From: Prorocentrum cordatum
Taxonomy: Eukaryota
Length of the DNA: 64,000 bases
Direction of reading: 5' to 3'
NCBI GenBank assembly: GCA_963575745.1
Contig: CAUYUJ010000151.1
Location: forward strand, 1 to 64,000
Every line of letters starts with the position of its first letter. The first letter of the stretch is position 1. Below the pieces are notes generated by a model, which did not search any database, was not told where the DNA came from, and was given only the letters and a program-made list of their open reading frames with translations. Position numbers and translations under genes: made by a program. Shown here piece by piece: positions 58,880 through 64,000 of the stretch.

Positions 58880-60760
58880 ACACTGGTCTTTGTCCCCCTC
58901 CTCCTCCTCCCCCCCCTCCTCCTCCTCCTCCTCCTACTCCTCCTCCTCCTCCCCTTCTCACCTCGCTGTCTTCCTCCCCCTTCCCTTCGCTTTCCCCCTC
59001 CGGAAGCGTCCGCCACGGAGAGCGGGCTCCATCGAGCCCCGGGGCCGCCCCGAGCGGGAGGCAGCCAGGGGGGAGGACTGCAGGGTGAGGGGGGAGGCGA
59101 GGGAAGGACAGCGACAGGGGAAAACGGTGAAAAAGGGATGACCCACACCTCATGCGGATGCCAAAAGATCACGGCGCGAGATCTCTGGCCACTCTCGCCC
59201 TCCAGGGGCCCTCAGTGGGCCCCGGGGCCGTCAAACACTACTCAGGATGATGAGTTCCAGGATCGTGGTCGAGACCCCCAGGGGCCAACGTTGTGAAAGG
59301 ATCACGACTTCGGAGAAGGGAAGGGGGAAGGAGGAAGGAGGATGGAGGAAGGAGGAAGGAGGAAGGGAGGAGGAGGATGGAGGGAGGGAGGAGGATGGAG
59401 GATGGAGGAAGGAGGATGGAGGAAGGAGGATGGAGGTTGGAGGATGACGAGGCAGAGAAAGGATCTGAGAAGGGATGAAGGAGGATGGAGGTGGGAGGAA
59501 GGAGGAAGACGAGGCGGAGAGGGACAGCGTGGGGAGGGGAGGGTGGGAAGGCCAGCGAGAGGCAGAGGAGGAGGAGGGAAGGAGGAAGGGAGAAGAGGAG
59601 AGGAGGAGGAGGAAGGAGGAGGAGGTAGGAGGAGGCAGGAGAAGGAGGAGAGAGGAGGAGGAGAAGGAGAAGGAGAAGAGGAGGAGGAGGAGGAGGAGGA
59701 GGAGGAGGAGGAGGATGCGGAGGAGGAGATGTTGGGGATGAGGACCCTGCGGGCTGTAATGCAGTCCCTTGCGCGCACAGGGAGGGAGGGACAGGAGGAC
59801 CGCGAAGGGGAAGGGGAGGGGAAAACGCGAGACTACTACAGCAAGTGAGGATGCAGTGGCTCTGGAAGCCGCGACTGACGCCTTCTTGGGGCAGCAATGG
59901 CCGTCGACTCGTGGCCACGGACAGGGCCACGGTGCGAGGATGAAAGAGAGCTCTTGGACACCGACACATCGACAAGACCCTGCTTGATCGACATCTCGCT
60001 CGTGTCCTAGGGCGTGGCGTCGTCGTCGTCGTCGCCGCCGCCGCCGTCGGCGTCGCCGTCGTCGTCGTCGTCGTTGTCATCGTGCTCTCTGGAGGCCGTG
60101 AGGGCCTCCTGGAACTCCTGGAGACACCGAGGGCCAGGGACATGTCTTGGAGGAGGAGGAGGAGGAGGAGGAGGAGGAGGAGGAGGAGGAGGGGGGAGGG
60201 GGAGGGGGAGGAGGAGGAGGAGGGACGAGGATCGAGGGAGGACGCGATCGAGGTAGGAGGGATCGAGGAGAGGAGGTGGATCGACGAGGAGGAGGAGGAG
60301 GAGGAGGTGGTGGAGGAGGGGAGGAGGGGAGAATCGAGGAGGAGGAGGAGGAGGAGGAGGAAAGAGGAGGAGGATCGAGGAGGAGGATCGAGGAGGGGGA
60401 TCGAGGAGGAGGATCGAGGAGGAGCGAGCGAGGAGGAGGGGGAGTCGCGCCTCGGAGGGCCCGCTGCGACCACGGCGGCTCGCCCCCTGCCGGGCCCGAC
60501 GCCGGCCAGCGTACGGCCCCCGCCATCCCTCCCCTGGCGATGGGCAGAGGCCCCCTTTCGCACGGCGTGGCTTCTCCTCCAACTCCTCCTACCTACTATC
60601 CTCCCCCTTCCTCCCCCCTTCCCCTATCCTCCCTCCTCCTCCTCCTCCTTCCTCCTCCTCCTCTCCTCCTCCTCTCCTCTCTGCCTCCTCCTCCTCCTCC
60701 TCCTCCTCCTCCTCCTCCCCTCCTGACCCTCCTCTCCTCTCCTCCCCCCCTCCTCCTCCT
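58880..60760. repeat. (GGA)n/(CCT)n/(GTC)n low-complexity region
   Basis: Directly visible. Confidence 0.9.
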
Positions 60761-60768
60761 TGGCTTCG

Positions 60769-61190
60769 TGAAAACGGCCTCGGGCCCAGACCTGGCGGGC
60801 GCAGGCCTGGAAAAGACGACGGCAGCGGCGCCCTCGCGAGAACCAGGAACGGACAATCCACGGATCGACGCGTCCGGGTGGGGGCTCTGGCTCCCTAGGC
60901 GATGGACAGAGCCCCCGTTCGCGCAGCGCGGCCTCGTGAAAACGACCTCTGGCCCAGATGGAAAAAACACACAACACACACAAAACACACACACACACAA
61001 TGCGTGTTCTGTGTGCTTTGTTTGTGTGTGTTTTCCCACAGTGTGTGTGTGTGTGTGTGTGTTTCTCCCGCGGGCGCAGGCCTGGAAAACGACGGCGGCG
61101 GCGCCCTCGCGAGAACCAGAAACGGACAATGCACGAACCGACGTGTCACACGGACAATGCACTCATCGACGTGTCAGGGTGGGGGGTTCT
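60769..61190 (+). repeat. Two copies of a ~120-bp dispersed repeat also at 53935-54050; the second is interrupted by (CA)n/(TG)n
   Basis: GTGAAAACGRCCT..GACGGC.GCG.CGCCCTC..GAACC..AACGG.CAA..ATCGACGYGTC.GGGT. Confidence 0.75.
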
Positions 61191-61324
61191 GCCCAAACCC
61201 CCGACGCCCGGGGACCCATCCCGACCTGCCTCTCGGAGCGTGATGTGTCTTCGGCGGCGAGGAGCCTCCGGGGAGGGGACCCGGCAGACACGAGCAGGCA
61301 CTCCCCGATCCTCGCTCCTCGGCG

Positions 61325-62057
61325 CGGAGGAGGAGGAGGAGGAGGAGGAGGAGGAGGAGGAGGAGGAGGAGGGGAGGAGGAGGAGGAAGGAGGAGGAGAT
61401 GAGGAGGAGGGGAGAGGAGGAGGAGGAGGAGGAGGAGGAGAGGAGGAGGAGAGGAGAGTAGGAGGAGAGGAGGAGAAGGAGGAGGAACGAGGAACGACCC
61501 TTTGGTTTTTTTTCACAGCGTCACCGCTGGAGAAACTCGACCGCGTCCCCCAGGACTGGCTCTCCGTCCACCGGATATTCCCGTTTTTTGTGTGGACGGC
61601 CTCAATGCCCCCTCCAGGCCTCCCAAGGTGCGAAAGCGAGTGCGCGGAAGGCTTGGCGCGAGTGGCGCGTAGCGCGAGACTACTCATCGAGGGCGCAGCA
61701 GGTATGGGATCCTCCTCGATCCTGCAACGCTCCTAACTCCTATCCCCTCCCTCCCCTTCCTCCTCCTCCTCCTCCTCCTCCTCTTCCTCCTCCTCCTCCT
61801 CCTCCTCCTCCTCCTCCTCACCGTCCTCCCCAGCTCCAAGGTTCCAGACGACGGCGACGGCGGCGTCGTTGTCGAGATCGACATCGGCGTCGTCATCGTC
61901 GTCGTCGTCCTCGTCCTCGTCGTCGTCGTCGTCGTCGTCCTCATCGTCTTCGTTGTCGTCGTTGTCGTCGTCCTCCTCGTTCTCGTCCTCGTCGTCGTCG
62001 CCGCAGCCGCCGCCGCCGCTGCCGTCGTCGTCATCGTCGTCGTCGTCGTCGACGACA

Positions 62058-62103
<46 letters not shown>

Positions 62104-62236
62104 GGTCGCGGCGGTGGTCGTGATCGTAGTCGTCGTGGTCGTCATGGTCGTTGTCGTCGTGGTCGTCATGGTCATGATCGTGGTCGTGGTCGCTGTCGCC
62201 GTCGTCGTCGTCGTCGTCGTCGTCGTCCTCGTCGTT

Positions 62237-62296
<60 letters not shown>

Positions 62297-63333
62297 GTCG
62301 TCACCGCCACCGCCGCCGTCGCCGAAACCAGGCGACAACGCGCGGGGTGGAAAGACTGCAGCGCCCGGATCACGGTGACCTCAGGGTCGAGACTCGGGGA
62401 TCCTCCTCGCTCCTCCCAGGGGGAATAGCGAAGGGGAGGGGCAAAGCGAAGGCGAGGGGGAGGACGACGGCGAGGTGTGGAGGAGGAGGAGGAGGAGGAG
62501 GAGGAGGAGGAGGAGGAGGAGGAGGGCGAGGCTTTGGAAGGGGGACCTGCCAGGATCCAGCCCCAGTAATCGCTGGAGGTGGAGCACCCTGCCCCCCCCC
62601 TCCTCCCCCGCTCCTCCGCCCCCAGCCGCCCCGACCCCGCCCTACTCCCCCGGACCTCGCCCTGGATGCGTTCTGGCCAGAATCTCGAGGCGGATCCAGC
62701 GGTGGCCACGAGGGCCTCCACAGAGGCCCACGGAAGCGAGCGCGAGGCCAGGCCAGCGGCATCGGCATGCCTTTCCCTTCCCCCTCCTCCCCGCTCCTCC
62801 CCGAGGCACCCCCCGCCGCCCCGCCCTCCCCGATGCTTCTCGGGCCTCTCTCCCGCTCCTCCCCCGCTCCTTCCCCCCACCCGAGGTGCCTCCCCCCCCG
62901 CGCCTCGCGCCGCGGCGGCGGCAGGGCGGCGCGGGCCGCGCGGTCGCCAGCGGGCTCCTGCCTGTAGAGCACGCCAGTCGCCTCCTGAAGGTCGTCGTCG
63001 TCGTCGCCGTCCTCGTCGCCGTCCTCGTCGTCGTCGTAGTGGTCGCCGTCGTAGTGGTCGTCGTCGTCGTCGTCGTCGTCATCGTCGTCGTCGTCGTCGT
63101 CGCCGTCGTCCTGCTCCTCGTGCTCCTGCTCCTTCTCGTCCTCCTCCTCCTCCGCCTCTTCCTCCTGCTCTCTTTCCTTCTTACCCCTCCTCCTCCGCCT
63201 CCGCCTCCTCCTCCTCCTCCTCCTCCTCCTCCTCCTCCTCCTCCTACTCCTCTTCCTCATCCTCCTGCCAATCCTCCGTTCTCCTCCCCGTCCTCCTCGT
63301 CGCCACCCTCCCCGTCCTGCCAGGCAACGAGAA

Positions 63334-63419
<86 letters not shown>

Positions 63420-63937
63420 TCCTGTCCCTCCCTTATGCTGCTGCTCCTGCTCCTCCTCCCTTTTCCTCCACCACCTCCTCCTCCTCAGATTCGTGCTCCT
63501 CTTCCGCATTCTGCCCCTCGCCCTCCTCCTCCGCACCTCCTCCTCCTCATGCTCCTTTCTCCCCCTTGTCCATGTCGTCTTCGTCGTTCTACTCCTCGTC
63601 CAGGTCGTCATCCTCCCCCTCCACCTCCGCAATGGTCAAGATTCAGGGTGGTGCCACCGAGCCTGTGGCGCAGGCCTCTTTTCCTCCTTGTCCAGGTCGG
63701 CGTCGTCGTCGTCGTCGACGTTCTCCGCCTCCTCCTGCTGCTCCTCCTGCTCCTCGTGCTCATGTTCCTCCTCCCTCCTCCTCCTCCTCCTCCTTCTCCT
63801 CCTCCTCCTCCTCCTCCTCATCCTCCTCCTTCGACGACGACTCCTGCGCCTCATGCTCTCTCCTGCTCCTCCGTCCTCCTCACCGTCCTGCCCGGCTCCA
63901 GAGTTCCAGACAACGACTACGACGATGACGATGACGA

Positions 63938-63977
<40 letters not shown>

Positions 63978-64000
63978 TTGTCGTTGTCTTCCTCGTCGTC
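61325..64000. repeat. (GGA)n, (CCT)n and long (TCG/GAC)n microsatellite field
   Basis: Examples at 61870-62320, 63330-63420 and 63915-63975. Confidence 0.92.

Noticed and set aside
58800..64000. Long ORFs of poly-Glu/Gly/Arg/Asp/Thr/Ser
   Set aside because: They arise from stop-free trinucleotide microsatellites and show no domain signal.
1..64000. tRNA, rRNA or SL-RNA genes
   Set aside because: No cloverleaf or rRNA-like segment was recognised, and the SL matches are degenerate and not followed by a GT donor.

Overview
GC-rich, repeat-dense eukaryotic DNA, most likely a dinoflagellate. This is inferred from GA/GC/GT splice donors with AG|G acceptors and from relics of the dinoflagellate spliced leader CCGTAGCCATTTTGGCTCAAG. 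The window is largely a pile of transposable elements, and every recognisable coding sequence is on the minus strand. Main contents: (1) a 16.85-kb element (32329-49182) bounded by 35-bp TIRs, encoding a CACTA/Plavaka-like DDE transposase, a C5 cytosine methyltransferase starting 5 nt after the transposase stop, and two apparently intact spliced genes (9 and 3 exons); (2) a 5'-truncated Ty1/Copia retrotransposon (25185-32328) whose polyprotein carries a C5-methyltransferase-like domain and whose candidate LTR contains a spliced-leader relic; (3) a fragmented hAT-like DDE transposase with an HMG-box-like segment (16117-23225); (4) two ~1.2-kb copies, plus a related 3' end, of a non-autonomous Helitron-like element inserted at AT inside coding sequence; (5) a PIF1/Helitron-type helicase C-terminal fragment; (6) MITE/foldback hairpins, satellites and microsatellites. 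Long noisy poly-A and poly-C tracts and homopolymer frameshifts suggest long-read errors, so pseudogene calls are tentative. All protein assignments are from motifs read by eye; no searches were run.
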